The notes under the pieces: model-generated
What the model saw: the letters and a program-made list of their open reading frames with translations, nothing else
The model's database searches: none
Told to the model about the DNA's origin: nothing
Assembly (NCBI GenBank): GCA_009602725.1
Contig: WELB01000005.1
Span: forward strand, 246,783-310,782
Source of the DNA: Spirogloea muscicola
Taxonomy: Eukaryota
DNA: 64,000 bases
Direction: 5' to 3'
Translations under genes and position numbers: made by a program
Part shown: piece by piece, positions 26,901 through 40,400 of the stretch
Numbering within the stretch: position 1 is the stretch's first letter
Layout: the number at the start of each line of letters is the position of its first letter

Positions 26901-28747
26901 GCTCAGGCAGTGCCCGACTTAGAGATACCTAGTCATGACTAGGTACCTCTTCTAAGCACTAACTTAGACTTACTAGGCTTAAGGCCTGGGAAATAGGCTG
27001 CCCAAACCCCAAGACCTAGGCTGGAGACGAACCAATTGCAATCCTGTATGCTGAGCCAACTTCTGTTGAGCCTCCCTGCGCGTGCCAGCTGCGGTTGGCG
27101 AGCTTCTTGGCAACCATGGGAATTTGAGAGACCTGCAATGCTTCTGCAGGTTCCAAGCGCACGTCCAAGACCACCTTGCAGCTGCTGGATCGAGCTTCTA
27201 CTCCCCGCTACGAGCTACCCATATTGGCAGTTCGACCAGACTAAGAGATCTGCGGGCGCCCAGGATGGCCATGAGCCGTCTGGACTGGGATTACATGGAA
27301 CTGGATGTAGCTAGATAATCTGCACCAAGCACTTTAAGGCCGGAGGTTTATCACAATTCTTTATCGGGCCCGGCCCACGACATGTTCACCTTCTTGGCGA
27401 CCTGGCGGATGGTGCCCTGCGCGACCTTGGCGAAGATGGCATTGCGGAGCTCGTTGCAGGCAGCAGAGCCGGCGCGCGCGGCGCCATAGCCGAGGAGCAG
27501 CGCCGGCGGGCTGGACGCCGCCAGCCACAGGAGCGGGTGGCTGCTGGCAGCGGCGGCTGTCGCGCCCGCGGCGCCGACCGACGCCGATAGCGTGTCCACA
27601 ACGTACTTGAAGAAAAAAGGCACCTGGATGTTGAGCACCTGGGGAGCGGCAACGACGACCAAGTATTTAATGGATATATACCTACAGATTATAACCATGT
27701 AGTATAGAGTACGACCAAATATTCACAGGAAACATACCTACAGATGATAGCCATGTTGTGTACAGTTCAGCAGACCCTGTAGTGACTACTACTTGTGTAA
27801 TACTATCTACAAATTTATCTATAATTGCCCTTCACGAAGTAGCTTGAGGTGCAAGCCCTTTTATGAGGTGTTCTGGCTGCAACAGTGGAAGCCCACTTTC
27901 AAGTCCCACATCTTGTAAAGGAATCAGAGCCTTGTGGGATTGGCCGTTAGGCAAAGCCATAACCCACCTTGGACCCCACGAGCAGGCCGAGCGATCCAGC
28001 GACGCGGCGCTGGAGCTCGGGATTGTCGCGCGGCCACAGGTAGGCCGACAGCGTGCGGAGGATGCGGATGTCCGCGCCAGGCTCGCCGTCCTCGCCGGCT
28101 GCCGCAGCCGGCCTCGCTGCCTTCTGCGGGGCCTGGCCGGCCTGTGTGGTCAGGCTAATAGAAAAAGTCAATGGACCTCATCTAAGCCTGCTACTAAGAG
28201 AATCAAACTGATAATAGAAAACAATCAAGGCTAAGTCGGTCACAGTACAGGCGGGTCAGCTGGGCACCCATCAAATTGGTGCAAATCATCAACGAGGACC
28301 AAGCAGGGCCTGCTAAAGACCTTCACCTCTAAAATCCCTAAACCCCCAATCTCAAGATCCCGGTTCAAATCCTAGGCCCTTCACCGTCGCTCGCGGAAAT
28401 ACGGCCGCGCAGGCGGCCGAGACCTCGGCGGTGTCCTCACCGCGGGCTCAGGACGGCGCTGAGCAGCGGCAGCTGCTGCCGCTGGCGGCGGCTGCCCCGT
28501 CGACAGCTGCCGCCAGAAATTTGCCGGCGGCACCGCCGCCGCCGCCGCCGCCGTCGCCGCCGCCGCCGGCGAAGCATGCAACGGACGAAGGCGGCACCGG
28601 CCGCGCACGTCCTCCTCGGCGGCACTTGCTGGGCGGGGCAGCGGCCCCTCCCCACGCTGCCGATGCCAAGACCANGCCGCCGCCGCCGCGGCGGCGCACG
28701 GGGAGGGCGCGCAGGAAGCGCAGCGCGCGCGCAGATGGCGCAGCCAT
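23966..28747 (-). CDS. ATM3: Mitochondrial ABC half-transporter, ATM1/ATM3 (ABCB25-like), spliced
   Basis: Arg/Ala-rich presequence ([17 protein letters not shown]), [60 protein letters not shown], Walker [10 protein letters not shown], signature LSGGEKQRV, Walker [17 protein letters not shown], stop TAA at 23966-23968. Confidence 0.93.
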
Positions 28748-28849
28748 GGCCGGGCGGCGAAGCTCTGGAGACTGCAGGCGATGGGAAGGCCCGGAAAGGC
28801 TTGCCTAGAACGTGGGTCCGGCTGAAGCCTCCAAGAGGTCTACCTCTTC

Positions 28850-30620
28850 CAGTGTAAGGCAGTGGCTGTGACATAGGTCGCTCGTCAGCCCAGTGGAGAG
28901 AACAGCTCTTCCATAAAGGTCGCTACTCGATGCCTGAACAATGACAGCAGTGGCCGTGAGAGTCCAGCCCAAAGGAAGGGGCGCGCAATTTCTTCCTTTC
29001 TTTCTTTTCAATAAGAAAGCGCGGCCCAATTGACTGGTGGCTGTGAGAAGAAGTGGCTGTGAGAGGCCATCTCTTATCGCTGTCGACGTACACAGAGCCC
29101 TTGGCGCAACATGGCCTGACCTGCTTCACCTCCTTGCGCGGCGAGCAGCGGCCCGCCGCCACGGACAGCAGGGCGAGCAGCCTGGCTTCAATGTCGCCGG
29201 GTCTTTAGCCCAAGTCTTCCGGATGCGCTTGGCCATCTCTTTGCAGCGGTCCCTTGCCTTTGCGGTCCACTTGCACGCAGGCCGCGCTTTGGCGGCGGCC
29301 TCCGGCTTCCGTCAGGGCGACGTCTTTCCGCCTGATAGCTATTCAGACTTGCATCTACTGACTAGAGCTTACTGAGGGTCCGCTTGCTGCTGTCTCAGTC
29401 CTTAGCACTCCGGCTCCTTCAGACCTTGCCCATTCCAGAGCAGGCGCGGCCAGATTAACTGGTGGCTGGGAGAGGCCAGCCCAAAGGAATGGACAAGGTC
29501 TGAAGGAGCCGGAGTGCTAAGGACTGACACAGCAGCAAGGGACTCTCAGTAACCTCTAGTCAGTAGATGCAAGTCTGAATAGCTAGCAGGCGGAAAGGCC
29601 TCGCCCTGCGAGGGCTGTGCACTAACTTATTTCTATGAACAGCCAGCCCGGAATGCTTCAACAAGGTCAGAAGGGGCCCAGCAAGCTTATCCAAAGGGGG
29701 GGAGGGCTGTGAAAAGCCAGCCCAAAAATAATGGACAAGGTCAGAAGGGGCTAAGGAGCGCTGGAACACACAAGCAAGCAAGTACACGAATAACATACTG
29801 TCAGCTATAGCGTCAACCTGACCCGACTGGAATCTAGTCTGGAGTCCTGTCTTGTCATGTGTGGTGGCTCGGCCTTGGTAGCGACATTTTCGACAACTCG
29901 CCTGTCTTTGACTTGGACCATGCCAAATCAGAAAGTACTCCCCAAGAGGGGGCGATGGCTCTTGCTGCTCTTTCTTTGGCTTTGGACGTTGTCCATTCTT
30001 TTTGGACTGGCTTTGCCAGCCCCCCTAAAGCCCCTTTATGGGCACTCTGTTGGCTGTGAAAGGCCAGCCCAAAAAGAATGCACAACTCAGAAGGGCCGGG
30101 AAAGCGCTGGACCATGCTGCTACGCAATTGGCTATCATAGATGGGTGCTCAATAACCCCTAGTCAGCAGCCGCAAGTCGAATAAGCTTGCAGCAGAAAAG
30201 TGTCAGGACGGGGAGACCCAAAAGCAGCAGCCACAACAGCAGCCCGCCCGCAAGTGCACAGCAAAAGCTTGGTTATTTTGGCACAGGGCATACGAGCGCA
30301 TGCGGAGTACCTGAGCCAGCGACCCAGCGGCGTTGAAGCCGGGCTGCTCACCTTGCTGACCTTGGCATCGGGTGATCTTACGTGAATTAAGCAGTAGAAG
30401 GTCTAGCCATGGACTCACAACCCACCCCCTGAACGTCAATGGCCAGCCTGACATCCATCACCAGAGGATGCAAAAGACGCCAAAGGACGCTTTCACCCCA
30501 AGGTCGCCAATGCAAGGCCAGGTCGTCGAGATCATTGAGACGACATAATGAGTGGCTCATCGTTGACTCTGGGCTATGTGAGCCCCTTTCACCACAACAT
30601 CCTGAAGTCATGGCTGGCTG
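28850..30620. mobile_element. Cluster of CRE-like 3'-end fragments upstream of ATM3
   Basis: IAVDVHRALGATWPDLLHLLARR...HLHAGRALAAASG...SYSDLHLLTRAY* (+), an inverted copy at 29440-29608, and further fragments on both strands to 30620. Confidence 0.8.
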
Positions 30621-31449
30621 AGCTGGTCCTTGTACTAAGTTGAGCTATTTCTGTGTTGAGTGTGACGAGCTTCTACACCCCAGGGGCTAACCAACCCTCC
30701 CAGCTTCTGTCAAGTGAGTCAATCCCTTCATGCGGCGGCATCAGCCACCATGTCACCACTTGCAGCGCCACCAAGGGCCGCATGGTGCACCTGCAATTGC
30801 AAGCTTAATGTCGGCACTGGGATTTGAAGTGTAACAAGCTGCCATGGCCAGAGGGCTTGGGCATGCTGGCGAGCCCACACACAAGAGCTTCTGGAACAGC
30901 CACTGCACTAGCTTGCTTTGCTGGAAGGCCTGCAGAATGGCGAGAGGCCTGGAACAGGAGCCCGTTGCTAAGCAACTGGTGACCAAGCTGGTGGCTGCAG
31001 CAAATGCGGCCAAGAAACTTTTGCAGCGAGCCCTCAACAACAATTAGCGGAGATTTGCAAAGCGATGTCCTATCCTGCAAATCCTGCCAGACTAGACAAA
31101 AGCCATGCTAGCGACACGCTGCTCGGTCACGGCTAGCGCCAAAGGCTCAGATGTGTAGTGCACCTATGCCAATCCAAGGAATGTCCTACCGTCTCTCGGC
31201 TGTAGTCGAAGTTCCTGGGGGGCCCCACTTCAGCCACCGCCGGCAGGTTGACCAAACAGGACTTTCTGAGGCCAAGCGAGAGACCTGCACCTGCCACGTT
31301 GTCACTGCCAGGGGAGGCATCACCAGAGGGGTCGGCTACGGCTTCCTTGAGTACCTACTACTACTTATCGATCCTAATGTTCAGCACCGCGGCCATCAAT
31401 GACGTCCCAGAATGGGCCCTGCTAGGCTGTCAGCATGCAGTGACATTCG

Positions 31450-34400
31450 TCAGGCATCCACCATCTCGTCTTGTATCTCTGCGGGTGCGATGAGGCCAGG
31501 AATGGCCAGCATGCGCTGCCTCTCAGCCTCTCGCTGGGCTGCTGCCTCCTCGGCATACAGGTCCTTGTTGTCCTGCACACAAAGAGTGCGCAGCCAAGGA
31601 CGACTAAGCATAACTTGGACGCACTCTGGGACCAAGCAATGAAGCAAGGACTGCACGAGCATGTTGACTCTTGTGCCCCAACTCTTGCCAGCATGTCTTG
31701 GTGAAAGTACAGTAGTAATCGAACCTGCACCCAAGAAGCAGCTGCATGCAAGGACTCATTGATAGACAAGCTCAACCCCTGCACGGTACCTTGTCCGAGA
31801 ACTCTTTTGATTGCACGAGGAAGTCGCGCAGGTGATTCTTAAAGGCAGCGAGGTCATGCTTGACCTCAAAGCTGCCCTTGACAAATGCAGCCACCTCAAT
31901 GGGAGTCATGTTGGGAAAGGACTCGCTCAGCAACTTGATTGTGTAGTCAAGTACAAAGGCAGCATTGTTTGCAAAGGCCGTCGGCCCCAACTTAGCAACA
32001 TCCCATAGTGGCTGCGTGAGAACATCAGAATCCACCTGCCAAACAGGAGTTGTCCCAGGTAAAAATTGGCAAAGGCAAGTGGAATACCAGCGACTGGAAC
32101 CTGCAAGCCTCTGCATGTTACTGGACTCCATAGACAAACAAGCCAGCTCTTAACAATCTCCTGGGTTATTTCCATAACAAAGTCTACAAAGTCTGGACAC
32201 ACCAGGCAGAAGAGGTGCTGCAAGATTAAGGTATGAAGCTTGAAGCCAGGCTTGTGAAAAGAGTCCGTCAGCACAGCAAAAATTTCCTGCTCAATGGTAA
32301 GGAAGTACGTCTGGTGGAACTGGTTGCAAAACTCCGACGTCTGCAAGCAGGGGTAAAACGAAAATCCTTGACATGAGCGAGGTACAAAGAGCTTATCTGA
32401 GCTGCTCTATGTCCATCAAAGTCGGGCTTTCTGATAGAAGCTTCTCTGGATGACCTCCAGTAGCCTACTCAGATCTAAGAGGAAAAGGAGGTCCCGATCT
32501 GCTCACTGACACTTGGCTGTCCAGATAGACATATAGACAGACCGACAGACCTACCTGGAAGTTGGTGAGTATATCCAGCAGCAAGTCCGCTGGGGCATAC
32601 TGCAAGGTCATTATGTACGGACCACGTACAAGGACCTCAGCAGACAGCTGATAGAAGCCTCTACAACTTCTAAGTACACCTCCAGGTGCATGCCCAAGGT
32701 GATCATGGCGTGCACCCATTAGAGTGAGGTGTTATGGAAGCTGGTGGAAGGTTGACTGAGGAATCGGGGTCTGAGCTATATCTCGAGATTGAGGAATTTA
32801 CTTGTTACTGACCTGGAATTGGGTAAGGATCTCTAATAGGAGGTTGAGGCCTGTCTCTGCAACATTCCTTTCTGTGTGGCGGAATGCCCAGAAGATGCTG
32901 TCCATCACAAGCTTCAATTGCTGCGAGGCCAAAACAGACAACGACCCGCTCAATGTTGAGAAGCAAGTCAATGAGCAGCTATGCGCAGCAAGGAGTACAA
33001 AATGATAATAATGATCATGTCATAGCGGCATGCCTGCATGCCTTCAAACTTAAGAGACGCACACACACCTGGCTGGAAAGAGTGAAAAGTGCACGGAAGC
33101 AATGTGAGGCAATGGCTTTCAAGAGTGAGAAGAACTTGAGCCTGTGCTCAGGGTAATCCTCAAAGTTCGTTGTGATCATCTGGTGTAATGACATCAACAG
33201 TGTTAGCCATGTCAGAAGCACTTGAAGATGGGACACCCGCCAAGTACTAGACAGCAACAGCCAGGTGCTTTTAAGCTGGGTAAGACGAAGTTTCATGCAT
33301 GTCACGGGCTGTGCAACTGCAACCTCCTCAAGAAGATCCTGACCCCTGCTTTGAGCACTAGATGGATGCCTAGAAGCGATAGTTGCTCTACCTTGAGCGT
33401 GCACTCAAAACAGGCCTCGAAAATGCGGGGGACCTCATCAAGCATTGCAACTTTCAACCTGCAAGTAACAGCCCTTCCAGTGAGCCAAGCCTGCCAAATC
33501 TCCACACGTCATCTCGCACAGCACCAAAAACCAAAACATCAACAATGGGACTTGGAGGACGTCGTAAACAAGACCCTCATATTGACAAAGTAGCCCAACA
33601 CTTGTATATACTGCATGCAAAACAAGCGGTAAGACTGCCCTCACTTGTTGATGATGGTGGCAAACAGAGAGAGGACTTCGGATTCCCTTGCATCAGGCAC
33701 ATTGCGCGCGTAGTCTCCAAGGATGGGGTCCATCATAGCCGGCACAAATTGTTTTGCAATGAGCTCGGGGTCCTCGGACTTGTCCACAAACGTCTCAATC
33801 AACTTCAAAGTCTCCCGCTTGACAGACCTGCAACAACGCCACGATAGCCAAAAATGATGACAATCTGCACTGATGACTTGCAAAATAAATTTATCATCGC
33901 ATGCTGCTGCACCATCTTCGGCAAGCAGGACTTGCTTGAGGCAGGATAATGTGCAGGCTGATGAGGCTATCAGTGCTGGCATTTTTGTTAGCCACCAAAG
34001 GTACCTTGTGCTTCCAAGAGCCCAAAATGATAGCAGCAACAGTAGCATCGACAATATTTGGCACAAGCCAGCTGATGTCCATTACCTGAGAAGCTTGACA
34101 AATGACGTTTTTGAAGCGTAAGGCCCTCCTTCAGCAACACTACTTGAGATGAGCTCGCTGTACATCCTGCACAAAATTGAGCAGCAAAACGACTTATAAG
34201 ACTTAATTAGAAACAAGCTCCACCACAGGCATAAAGCTTCCAATGACCTGAATATTACACAACTATGTAGGAAAGTAACAGTCAAGAATGACAGGAACCT
34301 GGTAGATCATTCCAGACTATACGATCATGAAATGACAGCAATAGGGTGGACTATCAAATGACCAAATTGTATGCTGGCATATGCTGTGCCAGCCTACCGG

Positions 34401-37400
34401 TATATATTGAGCATGTCAAGATAGATGAGTGTGATCTGCGTAAGGAAAGGCTGTCCAAGTGCACTAGCCACGCTTGTGTTGGTCTGCATCCGCCGAGCAT
34501 GCACATAGACACGTGTCAGAAATCTGCCTTAGTCATTGAGCTGCAATAGTTGCATCGACATGATTAACTGCTGACAGTTGAAGGAAAGAGTTGTCCTTGA
34601 TATGCACCTGCAGAATGTTCAGAATTGCTCTGATGGAGTCGGGCAACTTCAGAAACTCGACATTTTGCTTAGCCTGTTCAATAATCTGCGCCCATCTCTG
34701 CAGATCACACACCAAGGACAGAGGCAGGATGTGACTGATGCAGTTTGTGCAGTGGCAGACAATGCCAACTGGGCGGTTACTGGAGACTCATACTTACAGA
34801 CAGGACATGGGCTTGCTAGTAATAAGCTTGGCATCAAGAGACTGCTACAGCAAGCTTCTTGGAAAAGCAAGATAGTCTCATGCAGTGCAAAATTTGAGAC
34901 TGACCACGTTGGGCGGCTGCATCAACTTCTGAAGATACTCGTCACGCTTCAGCTGATCAGTTTCTGCTTGGATCATATACCCAACCTGATAGCAGCAAGT
35001 AGACTTGATGAGAAACTTGACTGGCCTGCTTGATAGACTAAGAGGCCAAAAATCCTCTCACCCCACTTGATTAAACTGCACAAATTTGAAGTGGCCATTC
35101 CAAGGACGTACACGTATAGTGCACAAATGGCAAGCTGCACTTACAGACTCGTAGAAGGTGTGGATCTGATGTGCCTGCAGGTCAAGAATGGTTGTTGACA
35201 GCCCTCGTAGAAGCTCTAGTATGAAAGGCTCTGTCTCACCCACCTGCACAAAGAAGCACATGATTAGAAGCACGCTAGCAAATCTGGTGTTGCACAATGC
35301 GATGGCGAATTCGACTTCCATACATATGCTGGTTGAGTATATCAAGCACAGAAAATGGTTTTGCACATCTGACAAGTGAAACCGTGGCATACCTGTAGTA
35401 TCACAAATTTGCGGCGGCACTTCTGTACAATCTTCAAGAAGGTGTCACACGCCATGTCCTTTTATTTGCAAGAAGCAGGAGGCCTGTCAGTATAGCTGCC
35501 AGCCTAGCGCACAGCACAGGCACGCGTACATTGCGAGGCGAATCGAAAAAGAGGCAAATCTAGCTATTTGGAAACAATTGCTCACACATTGAAAGTTAAG
35601 GCACGGTCAACATAAGCTCTCAATCAATAAAGTAAAATGGCTCTCATTTACAAAAAGCTGCCCTCAGAGGCCACGGTGAAGAGATAATGCACACACCTGC
35701 ACCCCAGGGTGAGTCTCGTGCATAAATTCAAACAGCTTGTTCACAACCGTCTTCAAGAATTTCCAATGAGCTCGCAAGAATCTCGGATACTGTCCAACGA
35801 CATACCTGCAAAAGCAGACCACAACAATGAGCATGGCACTATGTGGCAGCAGACTTTACATCTTCACAGTGTTCTTTGCTGCAGCAAATGTTCCTGTTTG
35901 CCACTTAGGGCAGTAAATTTAGCATAAATTAGACAGAGCAATTTTGACATGTACGACAGCAGATGAAAGCTCTCCGGCTTCAATTTGCGCCTTTTCAAGG
36001 TCCAATGGCCTAGCCTACATGATGTCACTGGCGACCACCGCCTTATGATCCTTTCCCTTGACTGCCTTTGATAAGGTGAGAAGATCTTGGACCACTTGCA
36101 CCAAGAATCGGCTCTCCTGCATGACAAGTAGCAAGCACTTGGACGTCTCTCAAGAACTAGTCAAGCAGAGGACTCTCTTGTGTGGACAAGACCCGACTCG
36201 ACCCCAGGTCGCCCCACTTTGCTTCGTACATGATGTTGCTGGCAATGACGGCCTTGTTGTCCTTCCCTCTTGTGAATTCACAGAGATTCAACAGGTCGCG
36301 AATCACAGTCACCAAAAAACGGTTCTCCTGCATTGCGCAAGAAGTCCAGCATTCCATGTGACAGCTGCCCAACATCTGCTGACTAACTGGGCAGACACGA
36401 GCTGCACACCGTGTGGTCTCTGTGCCATGGACACACCCGTGCAGCCTTTGACACTTGCATCAGCTTCAGACCCACCCACTGACATCGCAAGCAATACGAC
36501 ATTCACAAACACACTTCCTGGGAGTAGGCTGTCAGAATAATTGTGTTGACTGACCTGATCCTCCACCATAGAACCAGAGATGGAGCCAATCGCCCAGCAC
36601 AGAGTGTTCAGGTTATTCCACGACCATTCATCTCCATTCAGCTGCTTAGTCAGCTTCTTGAGCATCTGCAAAAGTTTAGCAATGTTTGTGCTTGTAAGTA
36701 TCGGCAGGATGCTTCCCAATCTCATCGTCGCCAACTGTAAGGACCTCCCTCTTGATCACGGCCTGAAAGGCATCAAAAGTACATCAATGCTTAACTAGCT
36801 GTCCTTTAGTATGTGGTTGCAAGGCCATTCCATCACATGATTTAACACTATCAGTCATGTGCTGACCTGCTGTTCAGTGTCCTCGTGGTCTAAATGTGAG
36901 AGGTAGATCAGCGTCTCTCTCATTATCTGCAACATTACAACGTGAAGACAATACAACTGAGCACTTACGACTACACCTCTCTGCTCGCACTGCCATCTTA
37001 AAGCCTAGGAGAGCAGAGAAATTGGTTAATACATCAAGCATTTGATCGATGAAGCAACACTCAACAACAACTCTACCTTGTACTGGACAAGAACGTCATT
37101 GTCTTTCATTGTTTCTCGGACTATATTGCCATTTTCGTCCTCAACTATCAAAACCTCCTCTGGCTTGGCCATTCTACTGATCATGAGGAGTCGCAGCTTA
37201 GACATTGGCCCCGAGTACAGCTGCTTTCGTGGTGACATCTGCCCGCCAATCCCGTTCGTCATGGGTGCACCAACTACTAAGCCCACCTGCGAGCCCACAA
37301 GTACAATAATACGTGACTTAGTGTTGTTGCTTCCTACTGCCCTTGCAGTATTTGCAGGTTTGCTCCCTTTGCACAATCTCCATGTCATGACTCAGTAGGA

Positions 37401-40400
37401 GACATGTTTCGCTACTCTCACTGAGGCAAGTCACTGTAGAGCGTACAAGGATGATAGCAGGTGTTCAAATGGACGCTTTGATCTGTGGATACTGCTGTCT
37501 GCAAAACAAACAATGCTTTGCCCGTACTCATGATGGCTGTGTGCATGCTAATAAACTGTGGCGTTTCAAAATTGGAGCAAGTAAAGACTTGCCTGCAACC
37601 CAAGAGGTGTTGGTTGCAATGTTGCTTCCATACTGCACTCTGACTGGAACAGCTCGCAGACAAGCACATTCCAGTAGTCTAAACACACCTGCACACAGCT
37701 ATCAACACTCTCCTTGTAAGATGCCAAAGAAAATATGCCAAGACTTGTTGCTGTCCAAACACACTTGACAAATGGAGTAGAGGAGCATGTGTACCACCCA
37801 TTTGCACAAAATAGAGGTGACTGCATCAAATAAAGCTATGGTGCCAGCAAGGTGGGCAATGAGCTCGCTGCAATTCTGACAAAATGATGCTTATACTGAC
37901 GGAGTATAACCACTGAAAATCAAGAGCACCAACAGCATGCCAATCAAAAGCATAGCTAAGTAGCAAACATCAGAGGGGGTGTGATGAAGACCAAGCAGCA
38001 ACTTGGTAATACAGCTTGGCAGATTCAAGCTAGAGTGCAAGATGTACCTTGAAGACCTCAGTGTCCTCCACGTACGAGATATATATGAGGTAGTCAAGGC
38101 CGAATAGGAGGGGCTCTGGTGCTGCTTCCAAGACCTGGATGTGAGCCTGCGGACACAATGCAACACACCTTAGAACCAGCTACTGGAAGCAGGGAGCTCC
38201 ATGCATTGAGGTGACACTGCAGTGGACTCATGGAGACGTATATGTACAGGTGGTCGTCCAAAACGTCGGATGCTGACGATTGGAGCAACTTGCGTAACCC
38301 AGAGAAATCTATCATCACGTGCTGCCTTCATTAACACAAAAGCACAACGATGCAAGAGAATACATCCAGAGTTCACAACATGCATATCAATCTCACCTTG
38401 AAAAAGGACGTGAAGAAGAGTGCAAGGTTCTGAATGAAAGCCTGTGTACATGTACAGCCAGGCACGGCACCAAGCATCAGATGGGAAATGGCAAAGTAGC
38501 AAAGGTAAAGCTAATGGGAGCACTACTGTCAGACTTGTGATTAGCTGGATGCTAAATTACTGCGAGATAGGGAGGTAGATCCTTGACATGCCAATGTCAC
38601 TGCTTGATAGCCCAATATTACCTGATCCTCATCACTGCCTACGTTATAGGCTTCAGGAATATTTGTAGTGAGCGGCAAGATGGCCTGCAATGGCAGCCAA
38701 GAATATGCATCAGCTTTAGGTATGCCATATATCTACAGCTTCTCCACCCGTAAAAGACCAGGGTCTAATGTCTGCAGCAATTGGATGCATAATAGCTCTC
38801 TTGCCTGAAGCTGCTCCATGAAGAACGTGTATAGCTTGGCAAAGTGTGGATTGTAATAGTCGCCGAAGCTGAGAGCAGCCACCTGCAGCAACCACCCAAA
38901 GGCGAGGCACCTGTTGGCAAGTGATCCTGGGTAGGCATGACGAGAGAATAGGCAGTACATACCCCATAGCAAGTGCAACTTCAACACTGCTGTGCATTAC
39001 CCACAGGCCCTACAATCCTTTTGGTGATTGGACGCAGGTATCTTGATGTGGCACTCCATTGCAAAGCATAAGCAAGCCATGTTGTGTATAACATAGTCAC
39101 AAGCTCAGACTCAGAGGAGGACATGCTTTACTCCAAAGTGATTCCCTCTGCGCCCCACGAAGCGACATGCTTGACACGATCTCAAGCCATTGCTAATACT
39201 GAAAGAGCTCACGATAAAATATTCACCTCTGTGAGGCACTGCAATGCAAGATTTCTGTACGCCGGTACGGGGAAGAGTTTTAACAAACTCTCCAACTGCA
39301 GTGGACACAAGGCACATACAGCAGCAAATCAATATTTGTAACCTGCCATCTTGCTCCATAATCTTCCGCAAGAATGAGAAGTTCCTGTCTACTTAACCCA
39401 GGACAAGAAAACAGCAACACTGTGCATCTCACAATATACAATCCTGACAGCTTCTGCAAATTTGATATCTACATGAGCTCCAAGAAAGGCGGTCTGACCA
39501 GAGTGGACTCAAAAATGTAGCCCAATGGTATCCAAGATAGGAATGCATGCAGTGTGGAGAGCGTCGCCCTGGTCAGTGAGGGCCGCTGCGAGGCAGCGAG
39601 AACATACTGGCAGAGTTCGTGGACCAGCTGGAACTCGCTGCACCAGCAGTGCACACACAAAAGCAACATGGCTGTCACTGCCACAAAAAATCTGGAACCT
39701 GGAGCAGAGGCGCATTCACCAGAGAGAACAGCGGCACATGAGTGCACATGAGTGGCAGCCAGCTTACCTGTTGAGTGATTGTTTCAAGTCTTTGATCTTC
39801 TGCTGAGTCATCTCTCCCCGCGAGAAGTCAAACACCTCCTCACTCAGGAGCTGTAAGTGGATAAGAGATGGTTGTGAGCTCAATCTCAAGCTATGCAGCA
39901 AATGGAAGGCATCAATGATTGACTAGACACATGATCACATTGCATGGATGTCAGCTTCTCATGCATATGCAGCCAACTTCTCGAAGTAGAAGTACCTTAA
40001 GAATGACCATGCAATTTTCACACAGGGTTTCACTGCTCCTTGCAGCTGTTACAAGGTCTGGTATGAAGTTTGGCCAACGTTGAGGCCACTCATGCTTGAG
40101 GACCTGCTCAACATGAATATATGAAGTCATCAGACACAGCAAGCTAAGAGGGCCAGACCCAAATCGACGTCCGACAATGTCAAGAAACTGACGTCACAGA
40201 GGGGGCTGCATGACCCCCATTGCCCAGGACATACTAACTGGAATTACGAATCCTTCGAGCCGCATTCTAAGCAGTACTATCCAGGTTGATGCAGGACACA
40301 AAAACAACAGGTAGGATGGTGGGGCCATCCTTTCATGCCTGGACTAAAATGATGTTGAGTTTGTTGAGGTACAGTCGCTCAGAGCGGAATGTCGTCTCAT

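Noticed and set aside
30620..31400. Short ORFs between the retroelement cluster and the XPO1 3' end
   Set aside because: No recognisable homology; likely UTR or decayed repeat.
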